From Candidatus Bathyarchaeia archaeon (GTDB lineage Archaea; Thermoproteota; Bathyarchaeia; 40CM-2-53-6): DNA of 64,000 nucleotides. Positions 27,631-36,291 of the stretch are shown here, piece after piece (the stretch's first letter is position 1; each line of letters starts with the position of its first letter). A model generated the notes under the pieces. The model made no database searches. It was not told the origin of the DNA and was given only the letters and a program-made list of their open reading frames with translations. A program made the translations under genes and the position numbers. The stretch covers positions 11,128 to 75,127 of the forward strand of contig JBAVCK010000164.1 of assembly GCA_049586635.1 (NCBI GenBank), given 5' to 3'.

Positions 27631-28404
27631 TCATTTTCCCTTAAAGGCAGGTTTTCTTTTCTCCAAGAAGGCCTTCATGCCTTCTTTGCCGTCCTCGGTA
27701 GCGAACAACATGTAGAACGCTTTCCGTTCGAATTCCAACCCAACCTCCAGCGTCGTATCTTGCGCTCTCAATATCGCTTCTTTTGCAGCTCTGACCGATA
27801 TCGTGGGTTTGGACGCAATCTCACTAGCGATCTTCTTAGTCTCATCCATCAAACTCTCCGCCGGGACAACGCGATTAACAAGGCCCACCCTGAACGCTTC
27901 CTCAGCCGAAATAGGTTTGCCCGTCAGTATCATCTCCATAGCCTTGTACTTACCAACCGCCCGCGTCAACCTTTGTGTGCCACCGGCTCCTGGCATGATT
28001 CCTACGTTAACTTCTGGTTGACCGAAAGTCGCAGCTTCCGATGCGATGATAATGTCGCAGTTCATAGCTAACTCATTTCCTCCGCCCAAGCAGTAACCGC
28101 TCACTGCAGCTATGATGGGTTTCGAGATTTTTCTTATGCGATCCCAGAGTTCAAAACGTCGGCCAAGCACTAGGTCAACCGGTGTGGCCTCGGCCATCTC
28201 ACGTAAGTCTGCTCCCGCAGCGAAGGCACTCGCGGCACCAGTCAAGATTATCGCATGTACACTTTGGTCTTTATCCAATTCTTCGAAAGCATTGACTAGC
28301 TCGACCATGAGCTCGAAGTTAAGCGCGTTCAAAACCTTGGGACGGTTCAGCTGAACTATGCCAAGCTTTCCATCTTTGCTAACCAGAATATTCTGGTACG
28401 TCAA
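27631..28404 (-). CDS. enoyl-CoA hydratase (crotonase; 3-hydroxyacyl-CoA dehydratase-type)
   Basis: GAASAFAAGADL, AAVSGYCLGGGNELAMNCDIIIAS, FGQPEVNVGIMPGAGGTQRL. Confidence 0.85.
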   Translation of the reverse strand: MTYQNILVSKDGKLGIVQLNRPKVLNALNFELMVELVNAFEELDKDQSVHAIILTGAASAFAAGADLREMAEATPVDLVLGRRFELWDRIRKISKPIIAAVSGYCLGGGNELAMNCDIIIASEAATFGQPEVNVGIMPGAGGTQRLTRAVGKYKAMEMILTGKPISAEEAFRVGLVNRVVPAESLMDETKKIASEIASKPTISVRAAKEAILRAQDTTLEVGLEFERKAFYMLFATEDGKEGMKAFLEKRKPAFKGK

Positions 28405-28520
28405 ACTCTATTCACAAACCATCAACCACGTAACGTTCAGGAACTTAAGCTTCACCGAAGGCCAAATAGAGTAAAGAAAAATCACGGTCCAGCCGGGGTC
28501 CGTGCATTTGCTTGGCGGGG

Positions 28521-28528
28521 TTATATAA
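28521..28528 (+). promoter_or_regulatory. candidate TATA box of the radical-SAM/heme operon
   Basis: TTATATAA preceded by a G-rich stretch (GGCGGGG), 67 nt upstream of the ATG at 28596, in a 191-nt divergent intergenic region. Confidence 0.4.
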
Positions 28529-28554
28529 CGAACGTTAAATAGAAGATTGAAACC

Positions 28555-28575
28555 AGCCAATTAGCCTAACTGGCT
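28555..28575. promoter_or_regulatory. 21-bp near-perfect palindrome, candidate TetR operator
   Basis: AGCCAATTAGCCTAACTGGCT has 9 of 10 arm positions complementary around a central C. It lies about 27-47 nt downstream of the TATA box, over the expected transcription start. Confidence 0.4.
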
Positions 28576-28595
28576 TTGGACTCGGAGTTGCTGAA

Positions 28596-29759
28596 ATGAC
28601 AAAACCGCCCTGGACGATGAGGAGTGACCTCTCTGAGGCTCCGATCTTTGTTTGCTGGGAAACAACCAAGGCCTGCTTATTGGCATGCAAACACTGTAGA
28701 GCCAAAGCCATCAGGAAACCCATGGCGGGTGAGCTCAACCACGAGCAGAGCATGAGGCTCATCGATCAACTTACAAAATTCGGGGAGCCATATCCCGCTC
28801 TTCTCTTAACCGGCGGAGACCCCCTTATGCGAGACGACTTCTTCGACTTGGTTGAGCGGGCGAAGACCCTTGGAATTTACGTTGCGGTTGCTGCCAGCGT
28901 GACGTCCAAGCTAAATGAATCATCAATGTCGCGAATGAGGGAGCTTGGGGTTGACATTATGTCAGTTAGCCTCGATGGGGCGTCGCCAGAAACTCATGAC
29001 CGGCTCCGCGGAATCCGGGGCACATGGAACGAAACGATACAGTCGCTAAATTTGGCCAGACGGTTAGGATTACGGGCGCAAATCAACACGACGGTTATGA
29101 GAAGCAACCTCGGGGAGTTAGCTGATATCTTTCACATCGTCAGGGAAACCGGAGCGGTTGCTTGGGAAGTCTTCTTCCTGATTCGAACAGGTCGGGGAGC
29201 AGCCCTCGAGGCCCTCGAACCTGCAGAATGCGAGGGGGTCATGCACTTTCTTTTTGATGCCGCACATTACGGCGTCCCCGTCAGGACTGCTGAAGGGCCG
29301 AATTTTAGAAGGGTACGCATAGAGCGAGTGAAAAACAAGAATCCACCAAATGGAGAACCGTACCTCAGCTTAGTTGCGAGGTTGCGGCTTCTCGAAGGGC
29401 AACCTACAAGCGGAGCTATCCTGAAGTCAACCCAAACAAGGGACGGGAAGGGTATCATGTTCGTCGCACACGACGGAGAGGTATACCCAAGCGGTTTTCT
29501 ACCCCTCAGCTCAGGCAAGGTGCCGGAAGACGACTTAGGAACAATCTACAGGTCCAGCCCACTATTCACCGCACTAAGGGATTCGTCAAACCTGAAGGGG
29601 CGGTGCGGCAGATGCGAGTACAAGGAAATCTGCGGGGGCTCAAGGTCAAGGGCTTTTGCCGAATACGACGACCCGCTCCAAGAAGACCCTGCATGTCCAT
29701 ACCTCCCGGACGGAAACCTAACTGAGGCATTGCCTCTGGCAAACAGAGACCTGAGCTGA
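28596..29759 (+). CDS. radical SAM/SPASM-domain protein, AhbD/NirJ-like
   Basis: CLLACKHC (CX3CX2C), TGGDPLMR, SLDGASPETHDRLRGIRG, C-terminal LKGRCGRCEYKEICGGSRSRAF...DPACPY auxiliary-cluster region resembling AhbD as I remember it. Confidence 0.85.
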   Translation: MTKPPWTMRSDLSEAPIFVCWETTKACLLACKHCRAKAIRKPMAGELNHEQSMRLIDQLTKFGEPYPALLLTGGDPLMRDDFFDLVERAKTLGIYVAVAASVTSKLNESSMSRMRELGVDIMSVSLDGASPETHDRLRGIRGTWNETIQSLNLARRLGLRAQINTTVMRSNLGELADIFHIVRETGAVAWEVFFLIRTGRGAALEALEPAECEGVMHFLFDAAHYGVPVRTAEGPNFRRVRIERVKNKNPPNGEPYLSLVARLRLLEGQPTSGAILKSTQTRDGKGIMFVAHDGEVYPSGFLPLSSGKVPEDDLGTIYRSSPLFTALRDSSNLKGRCGRCEYKEICGGSRSRAFAEYDDPLQEDPACPYLPDGNLTEALPLANRDLS

Positions 29760-29768
29760 ACTAGCAAA

Positions 29769-30371
29769 ATGTCGAACGTTAACCAAGAGCACAGAATACT
29801 CGAAGTCGCCAAAGGCCTCTTCACCAAGCGCGGTTTTCCTAACGTGGCCATTCGCGACATATGTAGAGCCGCCAACGTCACTGCCCCCACCCTCTACTAC
29901 TACTTCAGAAATAAGGAGGCCCTGTTCGACGCAGTTGTGCGCGAAAGCGTAAGCATGAAAGGGTTCATCACGCTACTGACTGACGAATGCGGAAAGTCTG
30001 AGAATCCCACCTCACAAGTCCGAGCGTTCATTCACACTTACCTCACCGGTTTCCCGAAGGAACGCTTGAACGTCGGCCTCTACGTCAGGAACTCAACAGA
30101 GCTTGATTCCATTGGACGAAACAGCCTTCAAGCCGAGCTCACTCAGATTCAATCTCTGTTAACAGGAATCATTCGAAGCGGCGTCGCTGAACGAGAATTT
30201 CGCGAAACGGACCCGAAGATGGCGGCCGAATGTCTGCTTGGTATGATGAACCGCATCGTCTTTCAGCAGATCCATTTCCAGAGAAGGTACAAACAGTCAG
30301 AGGCAGCGGCTTACCTTTACGATTTCTTCCTCAAAGCAATGCGGCCGAGCTCCGAACACAACAGCGCATGA
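29769..30371 (+). CDS. TetR/AcrR family transcriptional regulator
   Basis: ILEVAKGLFTKRGFPNVAIRDICRAANVTAPTLYYYFRNKEALF HTH; starts 10 nt after the radical SAM stop; its TGA overlaps the hemC ATG (ATGA). Confidence 0.85.
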   Translation: MSNVNQEHRILEVAKGLFTKRGFPNVAIRDICRAANVTAPTLYYYFRNKEALFDAVVRESVSMKGFITLLTDECGKSENPTSQVRAFIHTYLTGFPKERLNVGLYVRNSTELDSIGRNSLQAELTQIQSLLTGIIRSGVAEREFRETDPKMAAECLLGMMNRIVFQQIHFQRRYKQSEAAAYLYDFFLKAMRPSSEHNSA

Positions 30372-31309
30372 AAGCCCCAGGACAACGAACAATGAAGCAA
30401 CGCATCTTGATTGGGACGAGGGGCAGTGTGCTTGCAATAGCGCAAACAAGTGAAGTTGTTAATTCGCTGAGGAAAATTGCGCCTCAAGTTCGATGCGAAG
30501 TTGTTTCGATCAAGACTCAGGGAGACACTATAGAAGGGGCTGGAACGGGTGCGCTGGAAAGTAAGAGTGTGTTCACGAAGAAGATCGAGGATTCACTAAT
30601 TCGGGGTCGTGTCGACTTAGCTGTCCATAGCATGAAGGACCTTACCACCGATTTGCCCCCGGGCCTTGTGATCGCCTGTGTCCCTGAACGAGTTGACCCA
30701 CGTGATGTCCTGATCTCACGAGACAAGAAGAAACTTGAGCAGCTCGACGGCGGGGCAAGAGTTGGAACGAGCAGCGCTAGGCGGAAAGCGCAGCTTCTAG
30801 CCGCGCGTGGTGACCTAGAAATCGTTGAGATGCGCGGAAACGTTGACACGCGCATGGGAAAACTCGAGAAGGGCGGTTGCGACGCGATAGTGCTTGCGGC
30901 TGCTGGGCTGATAAGGCTTGGACTTGAAAAGAAGGTAACTCAATTTCTTTCGCCGGATGTAATGCTGCCTGCGGTTGGGCAGGGGGCCGTCGCAGTTCAG
31001 AGCCGGGAAGAAGATGCTGAGGTTCGGGACCTGGTTGCAAAGCTGGATCATGAGCCGACGCGCCGGGCAATTGAGGCTGAGCGTGGGTTCGCGCGAGGGC
31101 TTGGGGCCAATTGTCGGACCCCTACAGCGGCTTACGCGAGGTTTGCGGATGGGACGTTAACTATTGAAGGGATGGTCGCCGCGGCCAGTGGGAAACTGGT
31201 TCTGCGAGGCCGAATTTCTTCGGATAGCCCCAACGCCGAGAGGGCAGGGCGAGAGCTGGCGGAATCACTGCTGAAGAAAGGTGCTGGAATAGTTTTGGAG
31301 GCCGCCTGA
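30368..31309 (+). CDS. hemC: porphobilinogen deaminase (hydroxymethylbilane synthase)
   Basis: ILIGTRGSVLAIAQT, RGNVDTRMGKL, cofactor Cys in LGANCRTP. ATG 30368 overlaps the TetR stop; alternative ATG at 30392. Confidence 0.9.
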   Translation: MKAPGQRTMKQRILIGTRGSVLAIAQTSEVVNSLRKIAPQVRCEVVSIKTQGDTIEGAGTGALESKSVFTKKIEDSLIRGRVDLAVHSMKDLTTDLPPGLVIACVPERVDPRDVLISRDKKKLEQLDGGARVGTSSARRKAQLLAARGDLEIVEMRGNVDTRMGKLEKGGCDAIVLAAAGLIRLGLEKKVTQFLSPDVMLPAVGQGAVAVQSREEDAEVRDLVAKLDHEPTRRAIEAERGFARGLGANCRTPTAAYARFADGTLTIEGMVAAASGKLVLRGRISSDSPNAERAGRELAESLLKKGAGIVLEAA

Positions 31310-32097
31310 TGCAATCAGCCTCTCTAAAACCACTCTCAGGGCTTAGGGTCCTGGTAACCCGCCCCGTTGAACAGGCTCAAACTCTCTCTGAGAAACTGCG
31401 TGACCTCGGAGCAGAGACAATCGAACTGCCAACCATCGAGGTAGTCCCCGCCCAAAACAATGACCCCTTGGACCAAGCGTTACGGAGACTCAGCGACTAT
31501 CATTGGGTCATATTCACAAGTGTTTATGGCGTCAGGTTCCTGATGAAACGCCTAGCCAACATCGAAGTCTCGCCCACGGTCTTGAGAGAGGTCATGGTAG
31601 CCGCGATCGGGCCTGCCACAGCGTCGGAGTTGGAGCGGGCGGGGAAGAAACCGGAATTTGTTCCTAACGAGTTCCTCTCCGAGAAGATAGCTGATGGGCT
31701 AGGCAATGTTGGGGGGAGACGAATCCTTCTCCCACGCGCGGATATAGCGTCAAAGAAACTCCCAGAACTATTGCGAAGACGTGGAGCGTTGGTTGAAGAG
31801 GTTGTTGCATATCAGACGATCATCCCACCGGATTTGACGTCTGAGCGTGTCAATTCCATATTCATGAGAGGAATAGACCTAGTGATTTTCACCAGCCCAT
31901 CCACTGTCCATAACCTAGTCCAAGTCCTCGGAGACGATAGATTAGGCCAGATTTTGAGCAACGTCAAGGTTGCTTGCATTGGCCCCGTAACGGTCCAAGC
32001 AACCAAGGAACTGGGTATAGGCGTGAACATTGTTGCGGGCATTCGCACGGTCGATGCTTTAGTAGAGGCAATAGTTGATGAAATCAGAACTGTATGA
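31309..32097 (+). CDS. hemD: uroporphyrinogen-III synthase
   Basis: LSGLRVLVTRPVEQAQTLSEKLRDLGAETIELPTI, two-lobed HEM4 pattern; its ATG overlaps the hemC TGA. Confidence 0.8.
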   Translation: MQSASLKPLSGLRVLVTRPVEQAQTLSEKLRDLGAETIELPTIEVVPAQNNDPLDQALRRLSDYHWVIFTSVYGVRFLMKRLANIEVSPTVLREVMVAAIGPATASELERAGKKPEFVPNEFLSEKIADGLGNVGGRRILLPRADIASKKLPELLRRRGALVEEVVAYQTIIPPDLTSERVNSIFMRGIDLVIFTSPSTVHNLVQVLGDDRLGQILSNVKVACIGPVTVQATKELGIGVNIVAGIRTVDALVEAIVDEIRTV

Positions 32098-33088
32098 AAC
32101 GTCGAAAGAATTTGAAACAACTGAAAGGCCCCGTCGCCTTAGACGGCTACGCGCCCTGCGCATGTTGATGCAAGAAACGCGGCTGTCAATTTCGGACATG
32201 ATGTACCCAATCTTCGTGGACCGCAGGATTTCTAAGCGCACGCAAGTTGAGTCGATGCCAGGAATCTACAGGCTCCCCATCTCGGATTTGAAGGCCGAAA
32301 TTTCCGAGGTGACAGCTCTGAAGATACCGGCCATACTTGTTTTCGGATTGCCGGGACGCAAGGATGCGGTGGGTAGCGAAGCACACGCAAGCGATGGAAT
32401 AGTTCAGGAGGCGGTTCGCGAGGTGAAGAAATTGGCGCCGCAACTCGTCGTCGCTACCGACGTTTGCCTATGCCAATACACCGATCATGGGCACTGCGGA
32501 GTGGTTCACGGCGGAACTGTCGCTAACGATGAAACATTGAGAATTCTCGCCCGCGTTGCTATATCGCATGCGGAGGCTGGCGCCGATATGGTTGGCCCGA
32601 GCGCGATGATGGACGGACAGGTGAAAGCAATTCGCGCTGCACTTGACGAACGAAGCTACAAGGAGACTTCCATCATGTCTTACTCAGCCAAGTACGCGTC
32701 TGCGTTCTATGGGCCGTTTAGGGAAGCCGCCGAGTCCTCGCCGCTTTGGGGAGATCGTCGAACCTACCAGATGGATTCCCCTAACTCTCGGGAAGCAATG
32801 CGGGAAATCTCAATCGACATTGAGGAAGGAGCAGATATCGTGATGGTGAAGCCTGCACTGAGCTACTTGGACGTTATCAGCCGCGCACGTGCAGAGTTTC
32901 ACGTACCACTAGCCGCATACAATGTGAGTGGCGAGTATGCCATGATTATGGCAGCCGATCAGAAAGGATGGCTTGACCATAAACTCGTGGCTCTGGAAGT
33001 ACTGACCGCCATCAAGCGTGCCGGCGCGGATGTGATAATCACTTACTTTGCGAAGGAGGCGGCGAAATGGTTGCAGGAGGCTGAATGA
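32075..33088 (+). CDS. hemB: porphobilinogen synthase (ALA dehydratase), Zn-type
   Basis: RPRRLRRLRALR, Cys-rich metal site DVCLCQYTDHGHCG, Schiff-base Lys contexts MVKPA and YSAKYAS. Confidence 0.9.
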   Translation: MMKSELYETSKEFETTERPRRLRRLRALRMLMQETRLSISDMMYPIFVDRRISKRTQVESMPGIYRLPISDLKAEISEVTALKIPAILVFGLPGRKDAVGSEAHASDGIVQEAVREVKKLAPQLVVATDVCLCQYTDHGHCGVVHGGTVANDETLRILARVAISHAEAGADMVGPSAMMDGQVKAIRAALDERSYKETSIMSYSAKYASAFYGPFREAAESSPLWGDRRTYQMDSPNSREAMREISIDIEEGADIVMVKPALSYLDVISRARAEFHVPLAAYNVSGEYAMIMAADQKGWLDHKLVALEVLTAIKRAGADVIITYFAKEAAKWLQEAE

Positions 33089-33813
33089 TGAAAACTCAAA
33101 CTTCAACGGAAACTAACCCTATCCAAACTACCGAAAGAGAGTACCTGAAGTACACATTCTTCAAAGTTGACTCACAGTGGAGACGCCTCGACAGTGCGAA
33201 TAGGTCAGCGGCGAAGCGCGATTTCGCATCTATCACTACTAGCTTCGGGAATCAAAATATTCTCAGTAGTTACTCCCTCGTCGGAACTCGAGGAGACGCT
33301 GACTTTATGCTTTGGACGATTAGCAGACGCGTGGAGGATTTCCAAGAACTAGCCTCAAATCTTCTATCGTCAATTCTGGGAAAATACTTGGAAACCCCAT
33401 ACTCCTACCTGGCGATTACGAGACAGTCTGAATACCTAGGCGGCCACCAACATGAAGGGCAAGAGGGCGCATCACTAAGCAGGCGTCCTGGGAACTCAAA
33501 ATACCTCTTCGTGTACCCGTTCGTGAAGAAACGTGAATGGTATTTCCTACCGCACGAGGAGCGGAGGCTCATGATGGCGCAGCATTTCAAGATAGGGCAC
33601 AAGTATCCCTCGGTCCAAATCCACACGGGTTACTCCTTTGGCCTAGACGATCAGGAATTCGTCTTAGCTTTTGAGACTGACAAGCCTGCTGACTTCTCTG
33701 AGCTTGTAATGGAACTCAGGAGTAGTGAAGCCAGCCGTTACACAGCACTCGAGACTCCGATCTTCACCTGCATAAGGATGCCGATCAACGAAATTCTCAA
33801 TCTCCTCGGGTGA
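33085..33813 (+). CDS. chdC: chlorite-dismutase-family protein, coproheme decarboxylase (HemQ/ChdC)-like
   Basis: YLFVYPFVKKREWYFL, MMAQHFKIGHKYPSVQIHTGYSFGLDDQEFVLAFETD, MELRSSEASRYT; its ATG overlaps the hemB TGA and follows GGAGG. Confidence 0.8.
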   Translation: MMKTQTSTETNPIQTTEREYLKYTFFKVDSQWRRLDSANRSAAKRDFASITTSFGNQNILSSYSLVGTRGDADFMLWTISRRVEDFQELASNLLSSILGKYLETPYSYLAITRQSEYLGGHQHEGQEGASLSRRPGNSKYLFVYPFVKKREWYFLPHEERRLMMAQHFKIGHKYPSVQIHTGYSFGLDDQEFVLAFETDKPADFSELVMELRSSEASRYTALETPIFTCIRMPINEILNLLG

Positions 33814-33892
33814 CTTTCGAAGCCTTTCATTTCTTGCTTTTGGAGTATGAATCTTCAGCCTTCGATGGGGGACGTTGGGATGGTTACGGCCA

Positions 33893-34924
33893 ATGTTGAA
33901 TGACCGCCTCATCAAAGCTTGTCGACGCCAACCCGTCGACGCCACTCCTGTCTGGTTTATGCGGCAAGCGGGCAGGTACCTGCCAGGGTACAGGAAGGTC
34001 AGAGAGAAACATGATGTGATTTCGATATGCAAGAATCCTGACCTATGCGCGAAAGTTACCACGATGCCCGTAGAAACTCTGGGTGTGGATGCCGCGATAA
34101 TGTTCGCTGACATCATGCTGCCTCTGCAAGGCATGGGAGTAAAGTTCGAAATCAAAGAAGGCCTCGGCCCTTTGATTCAAGAACCAATCCGAAGTTTAGA
34201 TTCCGCCAATTCCTTAACGGATCTTGACCCGAGTAATGACATGCCCTTTGTTCTCGAAGCGATAGCGCAGACCAAGAAGATGCTTGATGTTCCCTTGATT
34301 GGTTTCTGCGGGGCACCATTCACATTAGCGAGTTACATTATCGAGGGAAGGCCGACGAGGGATTTCGTGAACACGAAGACTCTAATGTACCGCGACCCGA
34401 AGACTTGGCATGCCTTGATGGATAAGTTATCGACCGCCATGGCAAGTTACTTACGAGCGCAAATCAAGGCGGGAGTCGATGTCGTTCAACTTTTCGACAG
34501 TTGGGTTGGCTGCCTCAGCCCGCGAGACTACCATCAGTACGTGCTTCACTATTCCCGCCGAATCTTCAAAGAGTTGGAGGCGACCGGCGTGCCGCGCATT
34601 CACTTCGGAACCGGAACATCAAACCTACTCGAAGAAATGAAGCAGGCGGGGGGAGATGTCTTCGGAGTTGATTGGAGGATTCCCATCGACCTTGCTTGGG
34701 CACGGCTAGGAAGCGATGTTGCAATTCAAGGTAATCTAGACCCGGCCGTCTTGCTCGGAAGCCCAGAGCTAATAAGATCTCAAGCCACGGAAATCCTAAC
34801 GAGAACTAAGGGAAAAGTTGGCCATATTTTCAACTTGGGCCATGGAATGTTGCCAGAAACATCGCCACAGAACGTTATTGAACTTGTGAATTTCGTTCAC
34901 GACTCGACTAAGAATTCTGGTTAG
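33893..34924 (+). CDS. hemE: uroporphyrinogen decarboxylase
   Basis: MLNDRLIKACRRQPVDATPVWFMRQAGRYLPGYR; ORF opens at TTG 33875, ATG at 33893. Confidence 0.9.
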   Translation: MLNDRLIKACRRQPVDATPVWFMRQAGRYLPGYRKVREKHDVISICKNPDLCAKVTTMPVETLGVDAAIMFADIMLPLQGMGVKFEIKEGLGPLIQEPIRSLDSANSLTDLDPSNDMPFVLEAIAQTKKMLDVPLIGFCGAPFTLASYIIEGRPTRDFVNTKTLMYRDPKTWHALMDKLSTAMASYLRAQIKAGVDVVQLFDSWVGCLSPRDYHQYVLHYSRRIFKELEATGVPRIHFGTGTSNLLEEMKQAGGDVFGVDWRIPIDLAWARLGSDVAIQGNLDPAVLLGSPELIRSQATEILTRTKGKVGHIFNLGHGMLPETSPQNVIELVNFVHDSTKNSG

Positions 34925-34933
34925 GCGCCAAAT

Positions 34934-35860
34934 TTGCCGGACCTCGCCGTTCTCCTGATGGCTTACGGTACTCCAACCTCAGAGAGGGATATGGAAGCAT
35001 ACTTGACCGATATCAGGAGAGGCCGCAAACCAACTCAAAGCGCCGTGGAAAACCTGATAGACCGATACAGGAAGATCGGTGGCCGTTCTCCACTCCTCGA
35101 TATTTCGAATGCACAAGCCTCAGCCCTAGAGAAGTCTCTGGGCGCACAAGGAATGGAGGCTCGAGTCTATGTTGGGATGAGACATTGGCATCCCTACATC
35201 GGTGAGGTCATTCCGAGAATCGCGAATGATGGTCTTCGTCGAATCGTCGCGTTGGCACTCGCCCCACACTATTCCGATATCAGTATTGGAGGGTACAAGC
35301 AAGCCCTCGATAAGGTGCTGGCTACGACCAGCGACATGCAGGCGGACTTTGTTGATAGCTGGTATGACCATCCCTTGTTCCATCGAGCCGTGGCCGAGAA
35401 GGTCAAGCAGGCTTTAGAGCAATTTCCCAAGTCGAGTAGCGTCGAATTCTTGTTTACAGCACACAGCTTACCCGAGCGAATTCTTGAGCAACACGACCCA
35501 TACCCCTCACAACTGCATAGCTCATGCGAAGCCGTGGCAGACCTCTTGAACCTTGACCAATGGTCTTTCGCCTATCAGAGTGCCGGGCAAACGGCGGAGA
35601 AATGGCTTGGCCCAGATCTTCTAGAATCGCTCCAAGAACTAAGTCAACATGATAAGGACTCCAACGTTCTCGTTGTTCCGATAGGCTTCGTCGCCGACCA
35701 CCTCGAAATCTTGTACGATATCGACGTAGAAGCCAAAGAGTTTGCAAGAACACATGGCCTGAACCTGAAGCGGGCTGAGTCCTTGAACACAAGCCCTACT
35801 TTCATATCGGCTCTGGCCGATATTGTCCTGAAACGAGTTAACCACGATAAATGGGCTTAA
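34934..35860 (+). CDS. hemH: ferrochelatase (protoporphyrin or coproporphyrin type not resolvable by eye)
   Basis: AVLLMAYGTP, LFTAHSLP, GFVADHLEILYDIDVE; TTG start 9 nt after hemE. Confidence 0.85.
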   Translation: MPDLAVLLMAYGTPTSERDMEAYLTDIRRGRKPTQSAVENLIDRYRKIGGRSPLLDISNAQASALEKSLGAQGMEARVYVGMRHWHPYIGEVIPRIANDGLRRIVALALAPHYSDISIGGYKQALDKVLATTSDMQADFVDSWYDHPLFHRAVAEKVKQALEQFPKSSSVEFLFTAHSLPERILEQHDPYPSQLHSSCEAVADLLNLDQWSFAYQSAGQTAEKWLGPDLLESLQELSQHDKDSNVLVVPIGFVADHLEILYDIDVEAKEFARTHGLNLKRAESLNTSPTFISALADIVLKRVNHDKWA

Positions 35861-35884
35861 CGAACTGCCTGAGTTTTCATCGTG

Positions 35885-36175
35885 CTAGGCTATCTCATGC
35901 TCGTCAATGTATAGAGTTATGAGTTTGCTTGCGAAGGCTTCTGTATCCCTCTGTGTGTTCAAGCCTTCTGGAGAAGCGAATCCTTTTTTCATGCTATCAA
36001 TGTCGTCGAACCATAGCTCCACGACTCCGTGGTAATCGGGTTCCCTGTTAGGCGGTCTCCTAACGACATTAGCAACGTACCTCCTCAATCCCGGCATCTT
36101 TCTTGCTAGAGGAGCATGCTTTTCCAGCCAGTATTTGGCAAATTCCTGATCGCTCAGAGTCTCTCTCTTCTTCAC
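35885..36175 (-). CDS. EthD-domain protein
   Basis: 96 aa; FAKYWLEKHAPLARKMPGLRRYVANVV...HGVVELWFDD resembles the EthD family pattern. Confidence 0.65.
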   Translation of the reverse strand: MKKRETLSDQEFAKYWLEKHAPLARKMPGLRRYVANVVRRPPNREPDYHGVVELWFDDIDSMKKGFASPEGLNTQRDTEAFASKLITLYIDEHEIA

Positions 36176-36291
36176 CAGAATAATCAGTTTGAACGTAAGT
36201 TATCACCTGACTGCATGGAAACTATAGCCTACCGTTAGATTAAGAAGGTATGTATGAAAAGCTCCCAAAAGCAAAGTGCGCTTCGCATTGG

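Noticed and set aside
33081-33147. C/D-box sRNA-like pattern (CTGAATGATGA ... CCTGA about 55 nt apart)
   Set aside because: It lies at the hemB/chdC coding junction, has no internal C'/D' boxes or terminal stem, and is explained by the stop/start overlap.
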